From the IMG/VR virus record IMGVR_UViG_3300007513_000035, positions 1 to 62,731 of that record: 62,731 nt of DNA; one strand, written 5' to 3'. This document shows, in pieces, positions 40,001 through 48,444 of this stretch (positions are counted from its first letter, which is position 1; each line of letters starts with the position of its first letter). This DNA is from a virus. Its lineage: Duplodnaviria > Caudoviricetes. The position numbers and the translations under genes are program-made. The notes under the pieces are model-generated. The model saw only the letters and a list, made by a program, of their open reading frames with translations, searched no databases and had not been told where the DNA came from.

Positions 40001-40136
40001 CAATATCCCCTCCAACATAAATAACATCGGGAGATAAATCCCTAGACATTTCAAAAAATCTTTCAAAAGACCTTTTATACTCTTCGTGTCTACTTAGGCC
40101 CCTCCAGTGAATATCAGCAATATGAACTATTTTCAT
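37002..40136 (-). CDS. Fused Mre11/SbcD nuclease and Rad50/SbcC ATPase (gp47-gp46-like)
   Basis: HIADIH, GGDIVH, LGNHD, LGDIH phosphoesterase motifs; Walker A GKNRSGKSS; long coiled coil; ASGMEK signature; IIDEGFGSLD; IISH. Confidence 0.93.
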   Translation of the reverse strand: MKIVHIADIHWRGLSRHEEYKRSFERFFEMSRDLSPDVIYVGGDIVHSKTQGISPELVDSLQEWFKNLASIAPTHIILGNHDGLIMNKDRQDAISPIISALDNPRLFLYKDSGIYPTGIPGFNWCVFSCFDEAGWKNIKPVEEDINIALFHGGVRGSTTDSDWSIEGEVEAEFFREYDYALLGDIHTCQFLTEDRKIAYCGSTIQQNYGEDPGKGFLFWDIRGKDDFDVTFYEVPHDHPFVTIDWFGSARETLEQVEDILPGARYRVRSDYSIPQSDIIHLHTELKETMRAHEVVYKIDQSVDLSEINVGDSKIFKEDLRDVNTHVSLVKEFYKNSDLSSQSWDELEILIKKYFSRISNTEESLRNVKWSIKNIAFDNMFTYGKNNRIDFNSFKGITGIFGKNRSGKSSIVGTLMYALFNTTDRGPIKNLHIINSRKGHCKTAIDLCVSGKNLRIERQSVKHENRRGEVSAVTQLNLYEIDSDGEIVRDLTEEQRRETEKVTRKRIGTSEDFLLTSLSSQGQMNNFIKERATQRKLILSKFLDLNVFDQMESHVKEDLIISRAQMKNIPDRDWGVLSYNLSRSIKNIQAKIRRLEQNLEKTRSKASKIQLEIASHENSGDITQVDVDIQKENIKNLKENLEKELNLLSSLMIRVESNREKISKIRELKSQFSIEEMREKLASKRDLEKSVIKIKSDYQREHVLLSQQEKSLKKLREVPCGDNFPTCKFIKDSHENKKKIQEQRKKVEENLKNLTLTENLLSKILGDKIEENIEKYEKILKKESEIQIALVTITSQKREKESLVEQLSENLSEGRKILKEMEDKKRDTSDISLEKMKISLSEMNKKISELDSIRMSHAQKVGTDKSELLKVREEKKTYDKIKKEWHAYNLLSQAVSKKGIPLQIINSYLPVINSEISKILQNTVGFTVELEADLNSNAMDIYINYGDSKRVIELASGMEKMISSLAIRVALINVSSLPKCDMLIIDEGFGSLDDTNVEACNRLLISLKKHFKNILIISHVDAVKDVVDNVIDITKKGKDSRVYTK

Positions 40137-40188
40137 TCTAAGTCACCCGATGATATATTGTGAAATATATAAAAAATCATTTAAAAAC

Positions 40189-41157
40189 CTAAACCAGTGA
40201 GCCGCTTTCTATTGATCTTATTTTATCTAAAATAAAACTATTTCTAGACCAAATGCTGGCCTCACTACTCTTTTTAATAAAGTCTTCTTTTGTCATTTCA
40301 CCGACGTCTGAATATTCTCCTAGTTCTAAAATTCTAACACGACAGCTGTATTCCGAAAGAAGTTTAGCAATGGCGTGAGACTTTTTATTCATATCACTAT
40401 CAAGACATAAGAGAACGGGAGTTTTATGATGAGCTACCTTAGAAAATAAAATACTTTCCTCTGACAACCTAGACCCGAGGAGACAAGTAGAATTATATCC
40501 CGATTTTAATAAATCGAACGGTCCTTCTACTATGGCAAGCTCTTTTTTCCAATCAATGTTTATTTCATTAAAAACTATGCGCTGCTTATTAACTGGACAG
40601 TTGATATACTTCACTCTAGACCCGCTATCAATCCCGCGTGCTACAAAAAAATTAATATCACCAAGTGAATCAAAAGAAGGAAAAATAACTCTTCTTCTAA
40701 ATCTTTTTAGCTGGGATGTTCCAATTTTATAATACCACATGTCTCTCTCAGTCACACCTCTATTTTTTAAATAAAGTAGACATGCCCTCATGTCAGGATC
40801 TCTCGGGTTGATATCGTCTATTATTAATCTAAAATCTTCTGGAAGTCTAGCTTCCGCTTCCTCGATACTTTCTTTTAGTGTTTTTCGATATAAATCTACA
40901 GCAAATTTTTGACAATACTCTTCTACAAAGTGAGACATGTCAAACTTTCTTAATATGGGAACAAGTGTCTTTCCCCTTAGATCACAAACCCAGCAATGAC
41001 ACTGGCCTGTCTCAACATTTATAGAAAATTTCTTTTTACTCTTACTGTTGCATGCTGGACATGAGACGGCTACATTAATACCATCCCTTGCCCTAGATAT
41101 TTCTCCAAAAACTTTTTTAATAAAAGTCACTCTTTCATGAGTAGAGGTGACAGGCAT
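40189..41157 (-). CDS. dnaG: DNA primase (zinc finger and TOPRIM)
   Basis: CPAC...HCWVC, YLKNRG, RVIFPSFD, KYIN, IVEGPFD, LCLDSD. Confidence 0.9.
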   Translation of the reverse strand: MPVTSTHERVTFIKKVFGEISRARDGINVAVSCPACNSKSKKKFSINVETGQCHCWVCDLRGKTLVPILRKFDMSHFVEEYCQKFAVDLYRKTLKESIEEAEARLPEDFRLIIDDINPRDPDMRACLLYLKNRGVTERDMWYYKIGTSQLKRFRRRVIFPSFDSLGDINFFVARGIDSGSRVKYINCPVNKQRIVFNEINIDWKKELAIVEGPFDLLKSGYNSTCLLGSRLSEESILFSKVAHHKTPVLLCLDSDMNKKSHAIAKLLSEYSCRVRILELGEYSDVGEMTKEDFIKKSSEASIWSRNSFILDKIRSIESGSLV

Positions 41158-41162
41158 ATTTT

Positions 41163-41192
41163 ATATTACTAAACACTTCGAGCAATGTTCAA
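41163..41192 (-). promoter_or_regulatory. Sigma70-like promoter of the primase giving a leaderless mRNA
   Basis: TTGAAC-N18-TAATAT-N5-ATG; no SD. Confidence 0.6.
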
Positions 41193-41193
41193 A

Positions 41194-41748
41194 TTAAGAT
41201 CCCGCAACATAAGAGGCAGTGGCAATAACAAGTGCATCTGAAATATCGTAACATCCTGGATGATTTATGGTTTGTCCTTTTCTTGGTCCACTTTTTAGAA
41301 TTTTTTCTGGCCACCTGTAGTCTGAATCTCTAATTTCTTCCTTTGCCCATTCAAAAACTTGTTCCTTTATAGGGGGACCTCCCTTAGATTTTCTAATAAC
41401 CTTAATTCCCGCATTCTTTCTCGCAGAATTAACATTTATAAATTCTGGAAATATTCCGGTCTTTTTAAAAACGATATATGATAAAATTCCATTAAACCTA
41501 GAAAGAGAGGAAAGAGTGTGTGCTGAAGAAAATCCTGACCGAAATGATTGCAAGTTTTGCTCAATTCCAATTTTAGTAATCTTATTTTGAAGCACTAGCT
41601 TTTCTATAGCTTTCTCAGCCTCTGATGCCTTTCTGAATATACATTTGTATGAAGCTAATGGTATGTATCCTGCACTGTTAAAGGTGCCATCTGGGTTCAA
41701 CAGACACCACCCAGTGCAGCTCGTAGATATGTCCAAGCCTAGTATCAA
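41194..41748 (-). CDS. RuvC-like Holliday junction resolvase
   Basis: ILGLDISTSCTGW, IGIEQ, KEQVFEW, DISDALVIA. Confidence 0.85.
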   Translation of the reverse strand: MILGLDISTSCTGWCLLNPDGTFNSAGYIPLASYKCIFRKASEAEKAIEKLVLQNKITKIGIEQNLQSFRSGFSSAHTLSSLSRFNGILSYIVFKKTGIFPEFINVNSARKNAGIKVIRKSKGGPPIKEQVFEWAKEEIRDSDYRWPEKILKSGPRKGQTINHPGCYDISDALVIATASYVAGS

Positions 41749-44163
41749 TTAAAAATCCATCTTTATTTTAAATAATAACTTATCTGACGATCTTTTGACA
41801 ACGGGTTGAGAAATATTTGCTTTCATAATTACGTTTAAATTATCATCATGAATATTGACTTGATCAATATAGACAAATTTAGACCCTGTATCATTTGCCT
41901 CCAAAGATGCAGATAGGGGGATATAATTTGAATTTGAAGAAGAGTTAGCTTGATTCGATTCAGCAAAGCAGTTTAAAGTTGTAACATAAACATTGTGTGT
42001 ACCCTCCAGGTCAACTTCAAATTGATTTTTTCCAAAAAACATAAGATGAGGGGATTTGATAATTCCAAGACCTTCATTATAAAAAATATTTCCTATATTA
42101 TTCCAAAAAGCCTGATCAGTTTGACAATCTGCCCTATAGAGTCCCCCAGATCCATCATCTTTAATTTTAATTGAAATCTTTTCACCCGAACCGGTAATAG
42201 ATTTATCTTCAGTAATAAAAGATCTAGTTTTTATTGTTTCACTATAAAACATGCTAGGAATATTAAAAATAGTTATCTGATTAGAAGACGAATCCTTAAG
42301 TCTTTGAAGAATTGATAGATACGTACCATTCCACTCTTTTGTAATATTTTCTGGATATGGGCTTGAGCATTTTTCTAAAAAGCTTCCTGCCGCCTGTGTG
42401 TCTAAGAAAAATCCGCTTACTAAATCTTTTATTGATATAACAGAGATGTCAAATCCTCCCGTATCACTTACATAATAGCTCAGAGGAGACGAAGACCCTA
42501 GAAATGACTCAGATCCTGATGCCAATATGCTAAAGCTTGGAAAAAACAATCCGTTGTCATTCGGAAGTATCGTCAAATTTCTCTTTCTATTGGAGGCAGT
42601 AGCATATAGAATTTCATTCATTGACGAGCCTGTAGCAAGCGGATTTGACTCTGGCGTCAGGTTTAAAAGTCTTGGATATTTTCCGTTTATAAATTCTCTA
42701 GTAAAATTTTCTAAATTTATGAGATGTCCAAATGTACTAAATGCAGTGAACACATTAAAGGGTGTGTTTGTTGAAGTGTGAATTATCTGATCAGTTGTAA
42801 CAAAGACATCTCTTTCGGGTGTCTCTTTTACAAAGAAGGGTGGAACATAAAAAATCAAATCTGTAAAATCAGAAGGACCTGTAAAAGAACCGGAGTAAAT
42901 AACACTATCATCTATGTAAGTGTTATAGATTTTTAATTCGTGAACCTCTGAATTTAAAGGGTGATTAAAAGAATATGAAGCAGGATCTGATGAATGTCCT
43001 GGTGCTTTTGAAACTCCATACTGACTTGCAGCACTGCTATTAAAAAATGCCGAAAGAGCAGACAATCCGCTGTTTACTCCTTCATAATAATTTCCAATAC
43101 ACAGAGCATCGGGCTCATTTGAAATTACTGACAGCGATGCTTGTGAAGCTATTGAACTAGAAGGGACAACAAATCTTGTCTCTAGATTGTCAATGTGTAT
43201 GCTACCCGTTCCCTGGTTTATTTTATCAGTTCCCCATCTTACAGTCACGTGATGCCATCTGTTTTTAGTCAAAGAATTATCAGATGATAGAAATATCAAA
43301 TCTTCAGGGAATGATCTTTCGTTATTTCCGACAGATAGATCAATCTTTGAAGGAGAAATGTCAGCACTGTGACTAAGCTGAAGAAGCATTCTAAACTTAT
43401 CTGATCTGTTTAGAGAATCTGCACTACTTCCTGTCACAAGGGACAAGGCGAAGGTTGATGATAGGTGAAAAATTGTCCCTGCTTTAAAATCTTTTCCTGT
43501 AGGTACGTTAGATACAATATCATAGTCGTTTTGATATCTTGGGTTGATCCAAAAATCCATAGAGAAAGCACCTGGAGGTGTATAGGGAGCACTGATATAA
43601 GGATTACCATCAATATCATTCGATGCAGTAAAATTGGGATAAAGCAAGACTGAGTCTGATGGAACAAGAGATGAAGTAAAAAAGTTTAAAGTATGATAAT
43701 TTGTGTAAGACATGTTACAGTTATTGTAATCAACCCTGTAGCACTCCATTAAATTGTTTACTATGTAGTTTTTTAAATTTGTAGACTTTGTAAATTTAGG
43801 AGTAGGTACAACTCTTTTTATTTGAAACTCTGTGTTGTTTATGGGATCTTCAGGAATTGAACCAATTGTGTTCATATACGAATCAACTAGATCAAATACA
43901 TCAGTTCCCGGTAACCCATCATAAATTGCCTGCTTTACGTTTGACGATGCTCTTTGCATAGGGTCGAGCTGGGAAGGATCGTCATCTACGAACGTTCCAA
44001 GAGAGCTAGACAAAATATCTATGCTCTTAATAGAGTCTGAGGTTTTTCCCAGCAACGGGACAGATCCTGTCACACCTAGAGAAGAAGAGATAAACTTCTG
44101 CGGAGCATGTGTTGTTAGGGTAACTAGCTCTAATAGGTCTGGTGTAAATTCAGAAAGTGACAC
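41749..44163 (-). CDS. Virion protein with a LamG/ConA-like domain and a tail-collar-like C-terminus
   Basis: FSMDFWINP, NRWHHVTVRW, LCIGN, VHELKIYN; C-terminal YIDQVNIHDDNLNVIMKANISQPVVK. Confidence 0.65.
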   Translation of the reverse strand: MSLSEFTPDLLELVTLTTHAPQKFISSSLGVTGSVPLLGKTSDSIKSIDILSSSLGTFVDDDPSQLDPMQRASSNVKQAIYDGLPGTDVFDLVDSYMNTIGSIPEDPINNTEFQIKRVVPTPKFTKSTNLKNYIVNNLMECYRVDYNNCNMSYTNYHTLNFFTSSLVPSDSVLLYPNFTASNDIDGNPYISAPYTPPGAFSMDFWINPRYQNDYDIVSNVPTGKDFKAGTIFHLSSTFALSLVTGSSADSLNRSDKFRMLLQLSHSADISPSKIDLSVGNNERSFPEDLIFLSSDNSLTKNRWHHVTVRWGTDKINQGTGSIHIDNLETRFVVPSSSIASQASLSVISNEPDALCIGNYYEGVNSGLSALSAFFNSSAASQYGVSKAPGHSSDPASYSFNHPLNSEVHELKIYNTYIDDSVIYSGSFTGPSDFTDLIFYVPPFFVKETPERDVFVTTDQIIHTSTNTPFNVFTAFSTFGHLINLENFTREFINGKYPRLLNLTPESNPLATGSSMNEILYATASNRKRNLTILPNDNGLFFPSFSILASGSESFLGSSSPLSYYVSDTGGFDISVISIKDLVSGFFLDTQAAGSFLEKCSSPYPENITKEWNGTYLSILQRLKDSSSNQITIFNIPSMFYSETIKTRSFITEDKSITGSGEKISIKIKDDGSGGLYRADCQTDQAFWNNIGNIFYNEGLGIIKSPHLMFFGKNQFEVDLEGTHNVYVTTLNCFAESNQANSSSNSNYIPLSASLEANDTGSKFVYIDQVNIHDDNLNVIMKANISQPVVKRSSDKLLFKIKMDF

Positions 44164-44190
44164 GTTGCCTTCCAGGAAATCTATGAAGGC

Positions 44191-45489
44191 TTAGAAATCC
44201 AATCTTACTCGGAATGTTAAGTCCTTCTCATCATTTTTTTCAATGGGTCTACTTAGCTTAGCCACGGCCATGAGCTCATTTTTAGGGTTATATAGGCATA
44301 CGGAAGTAACAAAGGTAAATGGTTTCTGTCTAGCCTCTTCTCCAGGATCTATAACAACAATTCTTCCAGACTCCTTGTCTTTAAAAGTTGGATTGGAGGA
44401 TAAATTAAACTCATCTGCTGAAGCACGACAGAAAATAAGGGTAGAATGAATCTCGGTGACATTTTGAAATGTTACTGCTGTATTTGTAGCGCTTCCGAAC
44501 CTACAGGTCGCAATATGATCGATAATATCGTCAATGGAGGCAGATACAACCAGATCAGGAATAAATCTTGCCTGAGCGTTTGAAGCACCCCCGAGTGATG
44601 GTGATCCAACCACTGTCTGTCCCGCAGCATAGTCGGCACCTGCTGTGCTATTCATAGCACCGATGACACCCGAAACATGCTCGGTTCCAGAGATTATCTT
44701 TTTTAAATCTAGCAGGGCCACTCCTTGCTCATAAAATAACAAGCCAACATTCCTAGAGGTGTCTGCTGAATCAACAAGGTTTGCAACTTCTCCCCCACCC
44801 GGAGCAAACTGAGCATATCCAGATGCCCCGACATCTGTGTAGATCTTGGATCCTGATACTGACGTAACATTCAGATTGGCCTGCAGGGCATTAGAAACTA
44901 CACCAGATCCGGGTTTTGCTGCATTGTTAGAAGGGTCATGTGATGCACTTTGAAAAAATTTCATTGCGTAGGTCTCCTTCTTAATGCTATCTCTAGAGAA
45001 TAGTCTCTTAAAGCATATGAAAAGAGCTTCATCAACACCATCGGAATCTGTTACAAGTACACCAGATTTTTTTATTTTATTAGCAAAAAAAGGTGTGGTA
45101 AATCTAGCCTCTGCATCCTTCATAAGTAGCTGGGCAAACTGTTTGTAAACATTCACCTTTTCTCTCATCATGAGAGATCCAGATCCAAAAAGAGGCTTTC
45201 CAGATGTATCAATTCCAGTTCTAGATCCCGTAACCGTTTGGCTTCCAGAATACAAGCCAAATGCAAGATCTAAAACCTGATTTGATGTTTGCAAAGAATG
45301 ATCCTGATCAAAAACTGTTTGAAACATAGAGGATGTCACGCCAGGGCCGACCCCGCCTGTAACAAATACTTGATATTTTTTTCTTGTTGTCGATCCTGAA
45401 ATATCTTCCTGAACTACATCGACCAGCTGGTTTAGAAATGATCTTCCCTCTTTGATATCAGCAGGAGAAAGCTGTTTGAACGTTGACAT
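44191..45489 (-). CDS. Virion structural protein with a tail-collar-like C-terminus
   Basis: C-terminal EFNLSSNPTF...FVTSVCLYNPKNELMAVAKLSRPIEK...RVRLDF, paralogous to the end of 41749-44163. Confidence 0.6.
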   Translation of the reverse strand: MSTFKQLSPADIKEGRSFLNQLVDVVQEDISGSTTRKKYQVFVTGGVGPGVTSSMFQTVFDQDHSLQTSNQVLDLAFGLYSGSQTVTGSRTGIDTSGKPLFGSGSLMMREKVNVYKQFAQLLMKDAEARFTTPFFANKIKKSGVLVTDSDGVDEALFICFKRLFSRDSIKKETYAMKFFQSASHDPSNNAAKPGSGVVSNALQANLNVTSVSGSKIYTDVGASGYAQFAPGGGEVANLVDSADTSRNVGLLFYEQGVALLDLKKIISGTEHVSGVIGAMNSTAGADYAAGQTVVGSPSLGGASNAQARFIPDLVVSASIDDIIDHIATCRFGSATNTAVTFQNVTEIHSTLIFCRASADEFNLSSNPTFKDKESGRIVVIDPGEEARQKPFTFVTSVCLYNPKNELMAVAKLSRPIEKNDEKDLTFRVRLDF

Positions 45490-45503
45490 TATTTAATTCT
45501 CAC

Positions 45504-46244
45504 TTATACTTTATTAACCAGGCAGTTGAGGGTACTAACTTCACCAGTTGTCAGCCCCATTATCTTGATCACACCGCGCGCCTGATCGGTAGCTGTAGCT
45601 ATATTCATTGCCTTGCCTACTGAGCTTGCTCCCTTGTATCTGTTTGAATCCTGAAGCTGGGGGGAGAGTCCTATCTGGAGTGAGAGCTTTCCACCCCCTT
45701 CTGTGGATGTTCCCGTGGCACCTATTCTATATTCTGCAATACCTTGCTCATCTACAGTGGGAGAGTGTGCTCCTTGTAATTGAAATTGATCAGCTCTCAT
45801 TCTTACAACAAAAATGTTATCTCTAAGGTCTGGTGAAATTGCTGCACCTCCTGGATTTTTCTGAGTAACTTCAATCTCTTGTAAAATTCCAGCTCTATCA
45901 GTTGAAAAGGTTAGCTCTTTGCTAGTTTCTGAAAAGGCCGCGCCGGCTATGGAGTGTCCCGGCAGATTTGTGTGTATTTGACTTGAGGCGCTTCTAAGGT
46001 GGAATTTACAAGAAATTCCTCGATTAGTATTTGCCTCCATAATTGGTGTTAATTTTTCAATATATTCCTTTCCTATCACTCTGCCATACTGCCTTATTAG
46101 ATTGTATTGTATTTCATCATCAGTTAAAGCAAATTTGGTAATTTGAAATGATCCGTTGAATCTAGCAAGCGATGCTCTTCCCTGCGTGGTAAGAACCGCG
46201 TCTAGTATAATCGTATTAGTGGAATGATCTAATAATCCGCCCAT
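45504..46244 (-). CDS. Virion structural protein with a tail-collar-like N-terminus
   Basis: LDAVLTTQGRASLA...FQITKFALTDDEIQY; AGGAG SD. Confidence 0.6.
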   Translation of the reverse strand: MGGLLDHSTNTIILDAVLTTQGRASLARFNGSFQITKFALTDDEIQYNLIRQYGRVIGKEYIEKLTPIMEANTNRGISCKFHLRSASSQIHTNLPGHSIAGAAFSETSKELTFSTDRAGILQEIEVTQKNPGGAAISPDLRDNIFVVRMRADQFQLQGAHSPTVDEQGIAEYRIGATGTSTEGGGKLSLQIGLSPQLQDSNRYKGASSVGKAMNIATATDQARGVIKIMGLTTGEVSTLNCLVNKV

Positions 46245-46261
46245 ATCTTAAACTCCTAGAA

Positions 46262-46294
46262 TTAATTATACAGTAAGTGAAAACATAAAGTAAA
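46262..46294 (-). promoter_or_regulatory. Sigma70-like promoter TTTACT-N18-TATAAT overlapping a late-type ATAATTAA motif
   Basis: Read directly; duplicates the module upstream of the portal gene. Confidence 0.6.
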
Positions 46295-46352
46295 CTTGAT
46301 ACAATAAATTCAATCACTGTCCCTTGTTGCAAAAAATAAACCAGCCTTATAT

Positions 46353-48419
46353 TTAATCAGCAATCTCTGAAAATAGATCTGTCCAGTCTATCATTCCCGA
46401 CCCACCTTTGACAGGAGAGTATTCAGCTTTACTGTATCTGCCAGAATCAAGAGGTAATGTTTGAATCTTGGGACCTCCGCTAGACTGGACAGTTTCTTCT
46501 GATGTTTGCTTCTCTCGATCAGATACATGTATCTCTACAATCTTTGACTGCTGTAAATCACAGTTTAACACCGTCATATAGTATGAGGGATTCTCTTGAT
46601 CAACTCTAAGAAAGCTTAAATCATTACCATCCTCGTCATATAGTGTAAGATACTCTGGGTCAAGAAATACTGCTATTCTATCGTCACCCGAGCTCTTTAT
46701 TGTATCTTCAAAAAGATCATCTAAGATATAAAGATTTGGATATGGTTTCGGTGCGCCTGGAGCCGAGACTCTTGATAAAGTAATTTTATTCTTAAATATA
46801 TCAAATCCAACTTGAAACTGCTCTGAGTAATTGGAAGATAATCCGTGAGCATCAATGGCACACACAGCATAGATAGGTAATTTACCGCCAGAGAGTCTAT
46901 CTTTAGAAGCTTCTCTATCGATATAATACGACACACCCGCTCTCATTTTTTTTACGAGACGATGGTCAACATTCTCACCAGAGCTTTGTTTAAGCATAGA
47001 GTCATCAAAATCGTACTCTGACATCAAAGTAAATGGTTCTAAAATAGAGAATCTTTTAAATATCTGAAACTTTTTTATATCTTGTTGTGTATTAACAGGA
47101 AATCCCCACGAGAACATCAGATGATCAGCATCGTAATTATATACAAAATCAACATCATCTGGGGGAGGCGGTGGAACCAAATCGATGCAATTAACAATCG
47201 TAGTTACGCCCCGGGAGGCTATTAAAGTTCTGGCCACATAGCAACCAGACGTCTTGGATCCGTCACTAGCAATTTCAAGAGCTTCAAACTGAGTTAAAGC
47301 AACTGATCTTACTTTATACTGATAGGTAGCCCCATACTTTACATTTGGATCTATAAATGATGTAGAGCTTTGATCTTCAACTATAATAGGCTCATGCCTT
47401 ATCATCTTTCCGCTAGCAAGTAGTTCAGTTTTTTCAACATAGTACCCTGCTAAAACTGACCTTTCATCATATTTGCCGCCAATCTCTGTGTCATCAGGAG
47501 GAAGAGGCCCTATTATCTCTATGGGTGTGATAGAATTAACGTAATCATCATATGACACTGATCCCGGATTTGAATTTATAACAGCAGCATTCTGTGCATT
47601 TGCCGCATTTCCAACTAGGCTTTTTATTTCTTCTGAAAAAACTCCGACAGATCCCTCACTCGACCCTCTCATAACTGTTCCTGCAAAAAGATTATTTAAG
47701 CTAAAGCTAATCTCTAGAGATTTTGGTCCAAAGAAAGTTTCATTAATCAGATCCTCTCCGTCCCGGGCTGTATGAATATACCCATCAGATAAAATATGGG
47801 AAAGAGCCTGGGTTGTCTTTTCATTTAGAGGTTCATCAGGGTTAACAAATCCAACCTCAGAATAAAACTTATTACTACCAACATCATTTGTAATAACTGC
47901 CCAAAGCTTTTCGGGACTAAACCTCTCTATAGTTCCGCTAGCTAATGTATAAAACTTATTATCTAAATTGACATCCTTTAGATGTACTGCACTAAAAGAT
48001 CCATTAGTTATTGCTTCTTCAAATAGAAGACTATTTTTATTATTTTCAATACTAACATTGCTGTTTAAAGATGTCATCTCATCAGGGGGTATTGGTAGAG
48101 AATCCTGAATTGTAGTATTTTTTCCAATACTTCCGGCATCTTTCGACATCTCGGGCTTTTTCCAAGAAATTCTAGCAAATCTAGGAATATTATCCCTTAG
48201 CGTTAAAAATCTTTTTTCATAGTTCTCCGTAGTCTTCGGATCTATAAAAATAGAAGCACCATCACTATTCACAGCTTCATTTCTCATGAAAAAATTATAA
48301 AAGAACTCAGACCCTATGTCTTCTGGCTCAGGAATATCAATAACCGTGACCGGATTAGAGGGTAGAGAAGTCTCACCTGCGATAGACTTTTCTATTATTA
48401 CTGAGTCTGAAGTTGCCAT
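46353..48419 (-). CDS. Large virion protein with FN3-like segments
   Basis: FIDPNVKYGATYQYKVRSV, PPPPPDD..FSWGFP, IYAVCAIDAHGLSSNYS; leaderless after ATATTTAA (48425-48432). Confidence 0.55.
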   Translation of the reverse strand: MATSDSVIIEKSIAGETSLPSNPVTVIDIPEPEDIGSEFFYNFFMRNEAVNSDGASIFIDPKTTENYEKRFLTLRDNIPRFARISWKKPEMSKDAGSIGKNTTIQDSLPIPPDEMTSLNSNVSIENNKNSLLFEEAITNGSFSAVHLKDVNLDNKFYTLASGTIERFSPEKLWAVITNDVGSNKFYSEVGFVNPDEPLNEKTTQALSHILSDGYIHTARDGEDLINETFFGPKSLEISFSLNNLFAGTVMRGSSEGSVGVFSEEIKSLVGNAANAQNAAVINSNPGSVSYDDYVNSITPIEIIGPLPPDDTEIGGKYDERSVLAGYYVEKTELLASGKMIRHEPIIVEDQSSTSFIDPNVKYGATYQYKVRSVALTQFEALEIASDGSKTSGCYVARTLIASRGVTTIVNCIDLVPPPPPDDVDFVYNYDADHLMFSWGFPVNTQQDIKKFQIFKRFSILEPFTLMSEYDFDDSMLKQSSGENVDHRLVKKMRAGVSYYIDREASKDRLSGGKLPIYAVCAIDAHGLSSNYSEQFQVGFDIFKNKITLSRVSAPGAPKPYPNLYILDDLFEDTIKSSGDDRIAVFLDPEYLTLYDEDGNDLSFLRVDQENPSYYMTVLNCDLQQSKIVEIHVSDREKQTSEETVQSSGGPKIQTLPLDSGRYSKAEYSPVKGGSGMIDWTDLFSEIAD

Positions 48420-48444
48420 AGTAATTAAATATCCTATTTTTTAG

